NCBI GenBank assembly: GCA_963677895.2
Contig: CAXXGJ010000018.1
Span: 32,001 to 96,000 of the forward strand
Source: Treponemataceae bacterium
Lineage (GTDB): Bacteria; Spirochaetota; Spirochaetia; Treponematales; Rectinemataceae
DNA length: 64,000 nt
Reading direction: 5' to 3'
Both the position numbers and the translations under genes were made by a program. The notes under the pieces are model-generated. The model was given only the letters and a program-made list of their open reading frames with translations. It did no database searches and was not told the origin of the DNA. Below, piece by piece: positions 1 to 9,170 of the stretch (its first letter is position 1; each line of letters starts with the position of its first letter).

Positions 1-267
1 GCGAAAACTGGTCTCGATTTGATCAATATGCGCGGCCATATGAAGAACCTGCATCGCAGTCTCATTCGGCTTACGAAGATAAGTTAGCTCACCGTGGTGG
101 ATAGCATAGATGAGCTGGCCAAGTGTTCCGATATCATGCCCCGGAAATGCTGCTCGCATGATGTTGGTTTCGGGAAATTGGACCTGTAAATATTTTTCTA
201 ATTGACTAATCAAAGAGCTTTTCCCTGATCCATCTGCACCTTCAAAGACAAGAAACTTATTTTTCAT
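1..267 (-). CDS. Thymidylate-kinase-like protein (runs off the left edge; not in ORF track)
   Basis: Manual translation from ATG 267 (GAGGT SD): MKNKFLVFEGADGSGKSSLISQLEKYL...AAFPGHDIGTLGQLIYAIHH.... The FEGxDGSGKS P-loop and FPG motif are typical of dTMP kinases. Confidence 0.8.
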   Translation of the reverse strand, partial: MKNKFLVFEGADGSGKSSLISQLEKYLQVQFPETNIMRAAFPGHDIGTLGQLIYAIHHGELTYLRKPNETAMQVLHMAAHIDQIETSFR

Positions 268-293
268 AGGTTACCTCTCGACTTATTAGGTTT

Positions 294-2321
294 TTAATTC
301 GGATAACAATTCTGGAGCCCCATTAATATTAGTTCAATTATTCGCTCTGGTGACCGCGTTGTCGCAAGCTCGTGGTTCTCTTCTTTCGTCAGTCCATTCT
401 TTAGCCCTACAAGGCCGCATGTTTTCAGCTCATCGACGATGGTGTCATATTCATCCCATGGTTCGCCCTGCTTTTGATACAGCAACCGCAATTCTTCCGA
501 GAATGGGACGGCTTTCTGATAATTCCAGTGTAGTTCGGGCCGAATATGCCCCTCCAGCGCATCGAAGATAAGCCGAGCACAGCCACCGAACGTACCAATA
601 AGGTAGACTGGACGCTTGGCGCGTATTGACAGAAGCGCCTCCTCTAATACACCGGGCATCCTTCCGCGATAGCCATCGCCAGTGGGACCAAGTCGTCCCC
701 CAACCACAACGCGCGCAGCGACATCCTCAGTTTGCTGTTGCCGCATGATGGTGAGGCCACGTGACCAGGCGAAGCGACGCATTGCGGAATTGACCAGTAT
801 TTCTACTGACGGCGTTGTGATAAACGCAGCATCCAACGTCTCATCGAGACCATTCGGTCTCGCGCAACGACGTACATCAACCAGCGCGCTTCCGCTGTTA
901 AGGCGGGCAATATCAACGGGGGTGCTCGCGTTTGGCCACGCAAGATATGCAACCAGTTCTGCAGGCTGCCCGGCCTCCGGCGTTGGCTCGCCGCGAAGCT
1001 GCTCGATGGTCGGGTCGTATAGAAGGTCCGCAAGCCTGACAGTGTAACCGGCGGAACCGAGGTGGCCGCCATAGGCCAGGCGCACCCCAGCAACTAAAAG
1101 ATAACGTGAGATATCGAGTAAGACCTCGTCGAGGTGAGGCTTACGTAGACCGAAACACGGAAGGTCTTCGGCTTCCGAAATTGAAAGAGCTACTAGAAGC
1201 TGCTGGGCACGCAGATTATGAATTTTCGCATAACGCTCAAGCGGTGTCTCAACGGTCACACCCGTGAGGGAAAGAACTGCGAGTTCCTCACTCCCAAGCG
1301 GAGGATCGGGATAAAGCACGGGCCTTGCTTTGTCCCGATGTACTAACGTCACGAGCTCAGGCCCAGAAGGAAGGATGTCGTCGCCCGGGCGTGCGCGCTT
1401 GCGAAGCATCTCTTCCGCGTACATATAGCGCAGGGTCTCTCGAAGCAGTGAATCGATAACGGCCCGAGGATCATCCTTCCAGCGCAGTACGGGCACGTTG
1501 CCAGAGTAAGGAAAACGTCGGATCTCTCGCTCCTGAATCGCATCGACAATCACAAACGGCCTCTGGTAGCGTTTCGCGAAGAGGACCTCTCTGCGACACC
1601 AGGAGCGTGACGAATAGGCATCCGTCACGACGGCGAGCAGGGCGGAATCGGCCACGCCGGCTTCGATCGCTTTGGCGAATCGAGATCCGGACGCAATGTC
1701 TCCGCTGTCGAACCATGTCTTCTCCGGCTGGTTCGCCTTCAAATACTCGAGCAGCGTGTTCACGACACTGTGTGGTTTCCCTGCGTCGATCTTCGCATGG
1801 CTAAGAAAAATGGTCATCGAAGGGGCGTCCTCATCGACCGAATGTGGTCGAAGGAGGCGGATCAGAAGGTGTAGCATCCTTCGCGCGACTAACTTTTTGC
1901 GCTCTGCATCATTGGGCTCATCGAACGCGCGAAGGAAGTTCAGATTCTTGAGGCGCACGTCGATGGGCCACGCAAAACTACTGAGGCTCACCGGAAGGAA
2001 GCGACGATCGGGTGACTCGTTGCAGAGATCACGGAGCTTGACACCATAGTCTCCCCACGTGATGCCACCGTCTCGCCCCGATCTCGCATAATTGACGAGT
2101 TGATCGTCGGCCAAGAGCACGACCAGAACGCGATCTGCCTCCTCGCTGAGTCTCGGCTCTGGCGGCATAAACGTGTAATCGTTTGGCGTGAAGATGGTTG
2201 GAATGCGGAGCCCTGGGGCTGCTGCGTCGTCATTGATGATGTCGCGCAGATACTCGGCCATTGCGGCAGCTTCGGCCGACGCCGGGTGGAACTCGAATTG
2301 AACGAGGAGTGGGTACTTCAT
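294..2321 (-). CDS. TIR domain + SLOG-type domain fusion protein (putative defence)
   Basis: Central TIR: IFLSHAKID...WFDSGDIASG...AYSSRSWCRREV with the catalytic Glu. C-terminal SLOG-like motifs: VALSISE, LAYGGH, SRGLTIMR, ARVVVGG, GRMPGVLEEA, PVYLIGTFGGCA. Confidence 0.75.
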   Translation of the reverse strand: MKYPLLVQFEFHPASAEAAAMAEYLRDIINDDAAAPGLRIPTIFTPNDYTFMPPEPRLSEEADRVLVVLLADDQLVNYARSGRDGGITWGDYGVKLRDLCNESPDRRFLPVSLSSFAWPIDVRLKNLNFLRAFDEPNDAERKKLVARRMLHLLIRLLRPHSVDEDAPSMTIFLSHAKIDAGKPHSVVNTLLEYLKANQPEKTWFDSGDIASGSRFAKAIEAGVADSALLAVVTDAYSSRSWCRREVLFAKRYQRPFVIVDAIQEREIRRFPYSGNVPVLRWKDDPRAVIDSLLRETLRYMYAEEMLRKRARPGDDILPSGPELVTLVHRDKARPVLYPDPPLGSEELAVLSLTGVTVETPLERYAKIHNLRAQQLLVALSISEAEDLPCFGLRKPHLDEVLLDISRYLLVAGVRLAYGGHLGSAGYTVRLADLLYDPTIEQLRGEPTPEAGQPAELVAYLAWPNASTPVDIARLNSGSALVDVRRCARPNGLDETLDAAFITTPSVEILVNSAMRRFAWSRGLTIMRQQQTEDVAARVVVGGRLGPTGDGYRGRMPGVLEEALLSIRAKRPVYLIGTFGGCARLIFDALEGHIRPELHWNYQKAVPFSEELRLLYQKQGEPWDEYDTIVDELKTCGLVGLKNGLTKEENHELATTRSPERIIELILMGLQNCYPN

Positions 2322-2500
2322 ATCGTCACCACCTCTATCTGTCCAGTCACCGCCGTTGCGACAAGTGCTACGTGGCGTTCCTTGAGCAGCGCAATGCTAC
2401 GCTCAGCGGCAATTTGTACAGTATCGAGCTTTGCAGTCTCGCGGGCAATGTGGTCGGCGATCTGCCAGATTAGGTTCGCGAAGTAGTTATGGTCAGGCAT
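2318..2500 (-). pseudogene. hsdM'-'hsdS deletion-fusion remnant (60 aa)
   Basis: N-terminus NYFANLIWQIAD resembles HsdM starts. C-terminus IARETAKLD...SIALLKERHVALVATAVTGQIEV resembles HsdS ends. AGGAGG SD; ATGA overlap with the TIR-SLOG start. Confidence 0.7.
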
Positions 2501-2627
2501 TCGCCAGTCCTCCTAGATTAGTCGAGCCCCCATCATCAATAACAGGATTCAGGGCTAGAAGGCGGAATGGGACGAGGGATGCGGTCCTGAGGGCATCTTC
2601 TTTACTAGTCCAGGTCATGGTAGGCAT
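2493..2627 (-). pseudogene. N-terminal remnant of a type III Mod-like DNA methyltransferase (44 aa)
   Basis: MPTMTWTSKEDALRTASLVPFRLLALNP...GSTNL resembles the MPTLxW...VP(Y/F)RLL start of Mod methylases; truncated. Confidence 0.5.
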
Positions 2628-3049
2628 ATACCTAAGTCCTTTACTAATATAGCTTCTCGCTGGGCTTTTAAGTCAAATAGTACCTCATGAGCCGGGAGCA
2701 AGCAAGATAGCTTACTTCGGAATCGTTTAATATCAGACTAGGTTTGTGGACCAAGAAGCCTACATGATGGTAGCCGCATCACTAGTACCGAAGGAGTCGG
2801 CGCTAATGACTTTGCCTCGGGGTGAAGCGTGAGGCGTTTACCCTTGACGACTATCCTCTCGAATGCAATTACTGCCCGACAAGACGCTTGGCCTTGGCCA
2901 AGCTAATCCTGAGCTTCTCGGCTGCCTAATCGTGGCAATAGAGATACAGAAGGCGACGTCGTCCTTCGCTGCTTCTATAAAGGCATTCGGTGTGAATGGA
3001 GAGGCATAGGATTGAAAATAAAGCTGACCCCTATGACTAAGTCCGCGTC

Positions 3050-3120
3050 TGAATCGCCCCGGGTTTGCCGGAGACTGAATCCTTTGAGAGGATACGGTCA
3101 TGGGCAAGGGACGTTTTTCT
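3050..3120 (+). mobile_element. IS3-family (IS51/IS629-like) left end remnant
   Basis: TGAATCGCCCCGGGTTTGCCGGAGAC terminal-IR-like sequence, then GAGAGGA SD and ATG (3100) reading MGKGRFS, like an OrfA start; truncated. Confidence 0.6.
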
Positions 3121-3214
3121 TATCAATCCCATTGTATTTTCTTAATACTCTCTTCTCCTGATTCCAGAAGTATAGACATCCCCTAATCCTGTCGACCTTC
3201 CGCCTGCACTCGAT

Positions 3215-3430
3215 TTATCCTCGAATTCAACAAGGCTCTGATAGCTCAGGTAGCCGTTTCCTGTTTACGATTATAGAACAGCTCAATATAGTCTAAAAGA
3301 TCCATTCGAGCCTCGGATCAGTCTTCTTTCTAATCCTTTCTTTCTTCAGGCCTGTGAAGAAGGATTTAGGACAGGCATTCCTTCAGCAGTTGCCGGGTCG
3401 GTTCATGCTGATCTTGAAACCATTCCTACA
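3215..3430 (-). mobile_element. Degraded IS3-family transposase OrfB C-terminus
   Basis: Fragments SMNRPGNC*RNACPKSFFTGLKKERIRKK, EARMDLLDYIELFYNRK, GYLS..EFE match the IS3 integrase-core tail, with a stop and frameshifts. Confidence 0.75.
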
Positions 3431-3650
3431 GCTATCTGACCCCGATAGTCACTTAAGTACCGGAAATATAGGATGCGTCTTTACAGGCTATCGCTGAATG
3501 GGAAGTCTTTAACTCCAGTTTCATGCTAAATGACCTAATCTGTATATGTTGAATGACAAAAATAAAAATAATTGATAACTTATTGCTTGCAATAGGATAA
3601 ACATTGCTGTATGTTAAATGTTGTCAAGCAATATGTGCAAATCTTGAAGG

Positions 3651-4832
3651 ATGGAGTTGATGTACGAGCAGGTGCGGCTAGTCAAGCCGGGATTCGATGA
3701 CGAACTCACAGGTTTGATCATTGATCTCGATTACCTCCGGAGAGGACAGCCCGGGGGATCGACGCCTACGTGGCTCTTCGTCCAGCTTAAAGGAATCTTC
3801 CACATGCTGGAAGGGCTTGGTTCTGCCAGAATCGAAGGGAATCGCACCACAATCGCGGAAGCGGCAGAAGACCGCATCGCGGGAGCAACTACGTTTTTCG
3901 GAACCGATGAAAGGATCAAGGAATACCTGAATGTAGAACTTGCACTCGATTTCCTTGAAACCATTCCGCCCGACAGCCTCGCCACTGGTGCTGTATGTCG
4001 TGAACTTCATAAACGGGTGGTCGCCGGGCTTTCTGCCGGGAGGGGGGGAGAGGGCTCGTCAAATCCTGGGGAATGGCGTGTGGGATCAGTAAATATCACA
4101 GGTTCCCGTCACCGTCCATCTGCGGCAGGTGATGTACCAGCCCTTATGCAGGAGCTGTTTTCGTTTCTGGCAACGCCTGACGATCCTCGTTATGACTTGA
4201 TCAAGCTGGCGCTCGCCCATCACCGCTTCGCGTGGATACATCCGTTCGACAACGGTAACGGCAGGACGGTTCGCCTTTTCACCTATGGTCTTCTCGTCCG
4301 CGCCGGATTTCGGGTGGCAGGAATAGGGCAGAATGGACGAATCCTCCAGCCGACAGCGATATTCTGCTCGGATCGGGCTGCCTACTATGCGGCGCTCGAC
4401 AGGGCCGATGACGGCGACGATGACGGTCTTCTCGCCTGGTGTCTATATGTACTTCGCGGACTGAAATTGGAAATCGAGAAGATCGACCGATTGTCCGATT
4501 ACTCCTTCCTGCGTGATCACCTGCTGCTCCCCTCTATCAACGAGCTGGCCGAGCGGGGCGGGATCAATAGTCGTGAAAGAAGTATCCTCCTCGGGGTAGC
4601 GAGGAGCGGGAAGCCGATCGCCAATTCCGATGCCCGAGCGTTCTTCGACGAAAAAGTTTCGGTTACCCATACGTCACGCCTCATCGCAAGCCTTCGTGAA
4701 CGAAAGCTCTTGGTTCCGATATCCGAGGGGGCTCGTACCTATACACTCGGCTTTTCAAAAAGCCCCTTGTTGCGTACGTTGATACGCGCGCTGGATAAAG
4801 AAGGCTTCCTTCCATTCCAAGGCGAAACCTGA
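3651..4832 (+). CDS. Fic family protein (class II, with autoinhibitory helix; possible C-terminal HTH)
   Basis: HPFDNGNGRTVR Fic motif; N-terminal SARIEGN inhibitory motif. Confidence 0.9.
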   Translation: MELMYEQVRLVKPGFDDELTGLIIDLDYLRRGQPGGSTPTWLFVQLKGIFHMLEGLGSARIEGNRTTIAEAAEDRIAGATTFFGTDERIKEYLNVELALDFLETIPPDSLATGAVCRELHKRVVAGLSAGRGGEGSSNPGEWRVGSVNITGSRHRPSAAGDVPALMQELFSFLATPDDPRYDLIKLALAHHRFAWIHPFDNGNGRTVRLFTYGLLVRAGFRVAGIGQNGRILQPTAIFCSDRAAYYAALDRADDGDDDGLLAWCLYVLRGLKLEIEKIDRLSDYSFLRDHLLLPSINELAERGGINSRERSILLGVARSGKPIANSDARAFFDEKVSVTHTSRLIASLRERKLLVPISEGARTYTLGFSKSPLLRTLIRALDKEGFLPFQGET

Positions 4833-4990
4833 TTGTTTGCATGAGTATGTTAGCGTGACGCTTGAAAAACGTGACAGCAGATGTGACAGCACTTCCGGCA
4901 ATGCGTACTTGACGGAAACCTAATCCAGATATAGAAATAAAGACAGAGAATGCATGAAGCCGCATCAAGCGGATATTCGGGTTTAGAGGA

Positions 4991-7900
4991 TTAGATTTCA
5001 AATCCACCCTTGATTATGAACCGCTTTAGAAGGTCGTGGATCTTGATGTTGATCTTGATCGGGGCGATGGTCGATCCTTCCAAGCCTTCAAAATATGCCT
5101 TGGCTTTTACTTTATCGATCGTATCCTTGAGTTCGTCGAAGCGACCGAATTCGTTGATGTTCGCTTCGGTAATACCCGAATTCATCATGGCGCGCAGCTT
5201 TGCCTCGTCCAAGCCCAAGATCCCGGAAAGCGTGCTGATCTGGTCGTTTTTCGCCGTGCATTGATATTCGGTGACGTAGTCGCGAAAGGTCTTCCCGCTT
5301 TCCATGACCGCGGAGCCGCTTTGCACATCGTGGAGAAAGATATTGGCGTATTTTTGTTCTTCAGTGGTCAAATACGCGAAAGACTTATGCAAATCGTCCA
5401 GGGTCTGCTGCCTCTGTTCTTCCTCGATGCCAGCCTGTTTCAATGCTTTAAGATACTTATCAAACCGCGAGTTCATGTAGTCGGCATCGATTCTCCCGGT
5501 ATCGATTTCGGTCAAATACCCGTCGATATCATAGGGAACGTCGGGCATTACGCCCCCACCACTCCCGCCATTACCGCTGGCGAGCTCTTTGTAGCGGAGC
5601 GCCAGAACGAGGTAAGCGTTCTCGTCGAACTGCATATCGATGATTTTCTTTGGTTTGCCAGGGCCATCGCTGAATTCGTAGCGCGACTGACTCCAGACAA
5701 AGCCCTGGATTTTCGCCGCCTCGAGATGGAGGCTCATTTCCTTGAAGAGCTTGGCGAATTTGCCTCGCTCCGCGCCATCATCCGGCAATTTCGAAATATC
5801 TGGAACACCCGCTCGGGCGAATAATTCCGCGATCTCCTGGTAGAGGGAGTTCATTGCGCGCAAATTTAAATCAAGTCGATCCACGAACAGCCCGAGCGGC
5901 CTGTCCCCCGAATAGAGCTTGACTGCCCTGTTGATGTTCTCTTCCATGGTGTGCGGTTTGCGGTAATAGCGGATAGTCCCGAAGGGTTTGTCCGGGCCAA
6001 AGAGACGATTGGTGCGGGAGAAGGCCTGGATGATATTCTCGTATTGGAACAGCTTGTCCAGGTATAGTGTGTTGAGCCACATGGAATCGAAACCGGTGAG
6101 CATCTGATCCACCACGATCAGAAGATCGATTTGTTTCTCCGGACTCCGCTCCAGACGGAGATATGGCTCCTTGTGGGCGAGGCGGGTGGCGATATCTTTC
6201 TTGAATTTCGCGTGGGTGGGTATGGTAAAATCTTGCTCGTATCGCGCATTATAATCCTCAATGATTTCGATAAGACCGTCTTTCTTGAATTTTACACCGC
6301 CGTTATTGTCGATATTGGGATCAAAGAGGGCGGTGAATTTCAGGTTGGTTTTCTTACTTTTAATGAGGCGGTAATATTCGATGGCCTCAGCTATGCTCGT
6401 GGTAGCGAAGAGCGCGTGGAATTTTCCGTTCTGGCTCAGGGTGAGCCAGTTATCCAGAATATCTTCCACTACCTTTTCACGATGCTCGGTTCGCTCGTAT
6501 TGGGCCTGTGTCAGGTAATCCTCGATGCCTTTGACCCTACTGCCGTCGCCTGCGATGGATCCGGCCATGGGTGTGTCTTTCATGTATCGGTTAAAGACGA
6601 TTTTCTTTTTGGGATCGGCAAAGGCTTCAGCCTCATCGCTGGCTTTCGCCTGTTCCAAGGCCACCGCGACGCGCAGATCCTTGTCTTTATAGGTAAGAAC
6701 CTTATAAGGGTCGAAACCCAGGACGTTTTTATCCCGGATACCGTCAGCGATGCTGTAGCGATGGAGTTCGTCACCAAATATCGAGGACGTGGTATTGAGC
6801 TTTTTCTGGTTCTCTTCGTGGATGGGGGTGCCGGTAAAGCCAAAGAGGAGGGCGCGAGGAAAGGTGGCTTTGATTCTTCTCAGCATTTTCCCAAAGGTAT
6901 CACGGTGTGCCTCGTCGACGATAATGACGATACGTTTCGCCTGCATCAGGGCGAGGTCGTGGGCGTTGATCCCGCCTTCTTCGTCCTTGATATTGCTCAT
7001 CTTCTGGATCGAAGTGACGATTAAAGTGTCAGCTGGGCGCGTACTTTTCAGCTTGGTGATCAGGGTGGCGGTGTTCTCCGTGGCCTGAACCTCCTCGCTC
7101 TCCTCGGCGAAGCCACGGTACTCGTTCAGGGACTGGGTGCCGAGCTCGATCCGGTCCATGAGGAAGATGACCTTGTCGGCGTCCTTGGAATTGGCGATGA
7201 GCTGGGCCGACTTGAAGCTGGTCATGGTTTTGCCTGAGCCGGTGGTATGCCAGACATAGCCGCCCCGCCCCTTGTGGGCGCTCCAGTCAATCTTGGAAAC
7301 TCGGTCGGATATGGCGTTGGCCGCGTAATACTGATAGCTTCGCATCACTTTAAGGATGCCGTCTGAGCCGTCTGCCACGGTGTAAAAGCCTATGAGCTGA
7401 TGAGCCATGGGGATGGAAAGGAGGGAAGAGGCGATGTCCTTCCAATCGTTGATTGGCTCGTTGTTGAAGTCGGCCCAGCGGAAATAGTAATCAGTGTTGA
7501 ACCTGCCTTCGGGACCGGGGTTCGCGAAGTAGCGGGTTTCTTCAGGCTGCATGGCTACAAAAATCTGGACGAGGGAAAAGAGGCTCGTGAAAATACCCTC
7601 GTCCGAATACTTTTCGATCTGATGGAAGGCTTGGCTCACAGGCGTGCCGCTTTTTTTAAGCTCGATATGGATGACAGGCATGCCGTTTATAAGAAGCATA
7701 AGGTCGCCCCGACGCTCGCTTAAAATCTTCGACCTGCTTTTAAATTGAGGTTGGCGGGCAATTTGATAGCGGCTTTGCCCGGCGGCGATCTCCCGACGAT
7801 CGTAGATTTTTAGACTTACTTCCTTACCGAAATGGAGGCGGTCTTCCGGGTTGTCGCGGGTGATCGAGACGGTTTTCCCGTTGATGAAGCCATTGAGTTT

Positions 7901-8131
7901 GAGGGGAGTGCGCAGGGTAGCGATTTGCTCCATGATCTGCCGCATCTCGCCCTCGGTGAGGGGATAATCGCCCAGGCGGTCTATGCCGCGGTTGTTGTCG
8001 AAGAGGATGGTCGCCCAGTTCTTCAAAAGGTTCTTTTCGGTAGGGTAATTTATGACCGCTGTTTCCCAACCCTTGTGGGAGAGGATCTCTATAAGCGCGT
8101 TTTCAAAGTCGGCTTCATTGGTAAAGGTCAT
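4991..8131 (-). CDS. hsdR: Type I restriction endonuclease subunit R
   Basis: D..LLING.P...IELK nuclease motif, HTTGSGKT, DEAHR, FTGTP, LTGFD, QAFSRTNR. Confidence 0.96.
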   Translation of the reverse strand: MTFTNEADFENALIEILSHKGWETAVINYPTEKNLLKNWATILFDNNRGIDRLGDYPLTEGEMRQIMEQIATLRTPLKLNGFINGKTVSITRDNPEDRLHFGKEVSLKIYDRREIAAGQSRYQIARQPQFKSRSKILSERRGDLMLLINGMPVIHIELKKSGTPVSQAFHQIEKYSDEGIFTSLFSLVQIFVAMQPEETRYFANPGPEGRFNTDYYFRWADFNNEPINDWKDIASSLLSIPMAHQLIGFYTVADGSDGILKVMRSYQYYAANAISDRVSKIDWSAHKGRGGYVWHTTGSGKTMTSFKSAQLIANSKDADKVIFLMDRIELGTQSLNEYRGFAEESEEVQATENTATLITKLKSTRPADTLIVTSIQKMSNIKDEEGGINAHDLALMQAKRIVIIVDEAHRDTFGKMLRRIKATFPRALLFGFTGTPIHEENQKKLNTTSSIFGDELHRYSIADGIRDKNVLGFDPYKVLTYKDKDLRVAVALEQAKASDEAEAFADPKKKIVFNRYMKDTPMAGSIAGDGSRVKGIEDYLTQAQYERTEHREKVVEDILDNWLTLSQNGKFHALFATTSIAEAIEYYRLIKSKKTNLKFTALFDPNIDNNGGVKFKKDGLIEIIEDYNARYEQDFTIPTHAKFKKDIATRLAHKEPYLRLERSPEKQIDLLIVVDQMLTGFDSMWLNTLYLDKLFQYENIIQAFSRTNRLFGPDKPFGTIRYYRKPHTMEENINRAVKLYSGDRPLGLFVDRLDLNLRAMNSLYQEIAELFARAGVPDISKLPDDGAERGKFAKLFKEMSLHLEAAKIQGFVWSQSRYEFSDGPGKPKKIIDMQFDENAYLVLALRYKELASGNGGSGGGVMPDVPYDIDGYLTEIDTGRIDADYMNSRFDKYLKALKQAGIEEEQRQQTLDDLHKSFAYLTTEEQKYANIFLHDVQSGSAVMESGKTFRDYVTEYQCTAKNDQISTLSGILGLDEAKLRAMMNSGITEANINEFGRFDELKDTIDKVKAKAYFEGLEGSTIAPIKINIKIHDLLKRFIIKGGFEI

Positions 8132-9141
8132 TTTTTATTTTTCTCCCATAGACGTTTCTCTATATCTTCCAGCTCTTGTAAATCCTCTCTATCGGCGGCC
8201 AACGCGTCTTCGGCTCTGCGCTTATCATCGAATTCTTCATACCGTTGTTCGGCAATTCTTTGAGCTACTTCGGCTTTTACTTTTCCGGTATGGGTTAAAA
8301 GTTCATGCTCGTTAAACAACAGAAAAGCATCGAATTTTTCGGACCACTGTTCCATGGTAGCGGTTTTTCTCAGCCGGGCTTGGCTTTCCGCATAATCAAG
8401 ATACATGGTCACGATTTCGTTGAGGTTTTTGATTTCACCCGCATTCAGGTAATTCTTGGCGATGGTCACATCCTGCTTGCGGACAAGAGAACCCTGCCAG
8501 GACATAAGGCCCATATTCGGCAGCTCGGGATTGCCGCGGGATTCAATCAGCTCGGCGGCGGTTTTGCCGGTGATTGCCCAGAGCATTTTATTCTGGACCT
8601 TTTTGAAGAAGATCTGGGTCTGTTCCGAAGTTTTTTCGTAATCGACCGCGGTGGCGTAAATATCCCGTATTTTTTGGTAAAAGCGCTTTTCAGAAGCACG
8701 GATATCCCGGATGCGCGCCAGCCACTCGTCAAAATAGTCCCAGGTATCGGCTTTCTTGAGCCGGTCATCATCCATGGCAAAGCCTTTGATGATGTACTCT
8801 TTCAGAATACTAGTGGCCCATATTCTAAACTGGGTGGCACGTTTGGAGTTGACCCGGTAGCCCACGGCGATGATGGCGTCGAGATTGTAGAAGTCCTTAA
8901 TTCGAGCAACTTGCCGACCACCCTCATTTTGAACTGTTTCCATTTTGGAAACAGTTGCTTCTCGGCTCAATTCGCCTTCTTCATAGATGTTGGTCAAGTG
9001 CTTGGATATGGCGGGAACATTGACGCCAAAGAGTTCCGCCATCGCCGTCTGGGGCAGCCAGATGGTTTCATTCCGCAAAACAGTATCAATTTTGATTTCG
9101 CCGTCAGGAGTGGTATACAGGACAATTTGCGATTGGGTCAT
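8128..9141 (-). CDS. RhuM family protein
   Basis: ETIWL...MAELFGV...ISKHL.NIY.EGEL, YNLDAIIAVGYRVNS..ATQFRIWA, RIRDIRASEKRFYQK. Confidence 0.9.
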   Translation of the reverse strand: MTQSQIVLYTTPDGEIKIDTVLRNETIWLPQTAMAELFGVNVPAISKHLTNIYEEGELSREATVSKMETVQNEGGRQVARIKDFYNLDAIIAVGYRVNSKRATQFRIWATSILKEYIIKGFAMDDDRLKKADTWDYFDEWLARIRDIRASEKRFYQKIRDIYATAVDYEKTSEQTQIFFKKVQNKMLWAITGKTAAELIESRGNPELPNMGLMSWQGSLVRKQDVTIAKNYLNAGEIKNLNEIVTMYLDYAESQARLRKTATMEQWSEKFDAFLLFNEHELLTHTGKVKAEVAQRIAEQRYEEFDDKRRAEDALAADREDLQELEDIEKRLWEKNKK

Positions 9142-9170
9142 ATAGCCAGCTCCTTTTTCATTATGCGTTT

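Noticed and set aside
2838..3107. 89-aa minus-strand ORF
   Set aside because: No recognisable motif, and it overlaps an IS end remnant.
3581..3594. TATTGC-TT-GCAATA palindrome upstream of fic
   Set aside because: Could be an autoregulatory operator, but 6-bp arms in AT-rich DNA are not distinguishable from chance.
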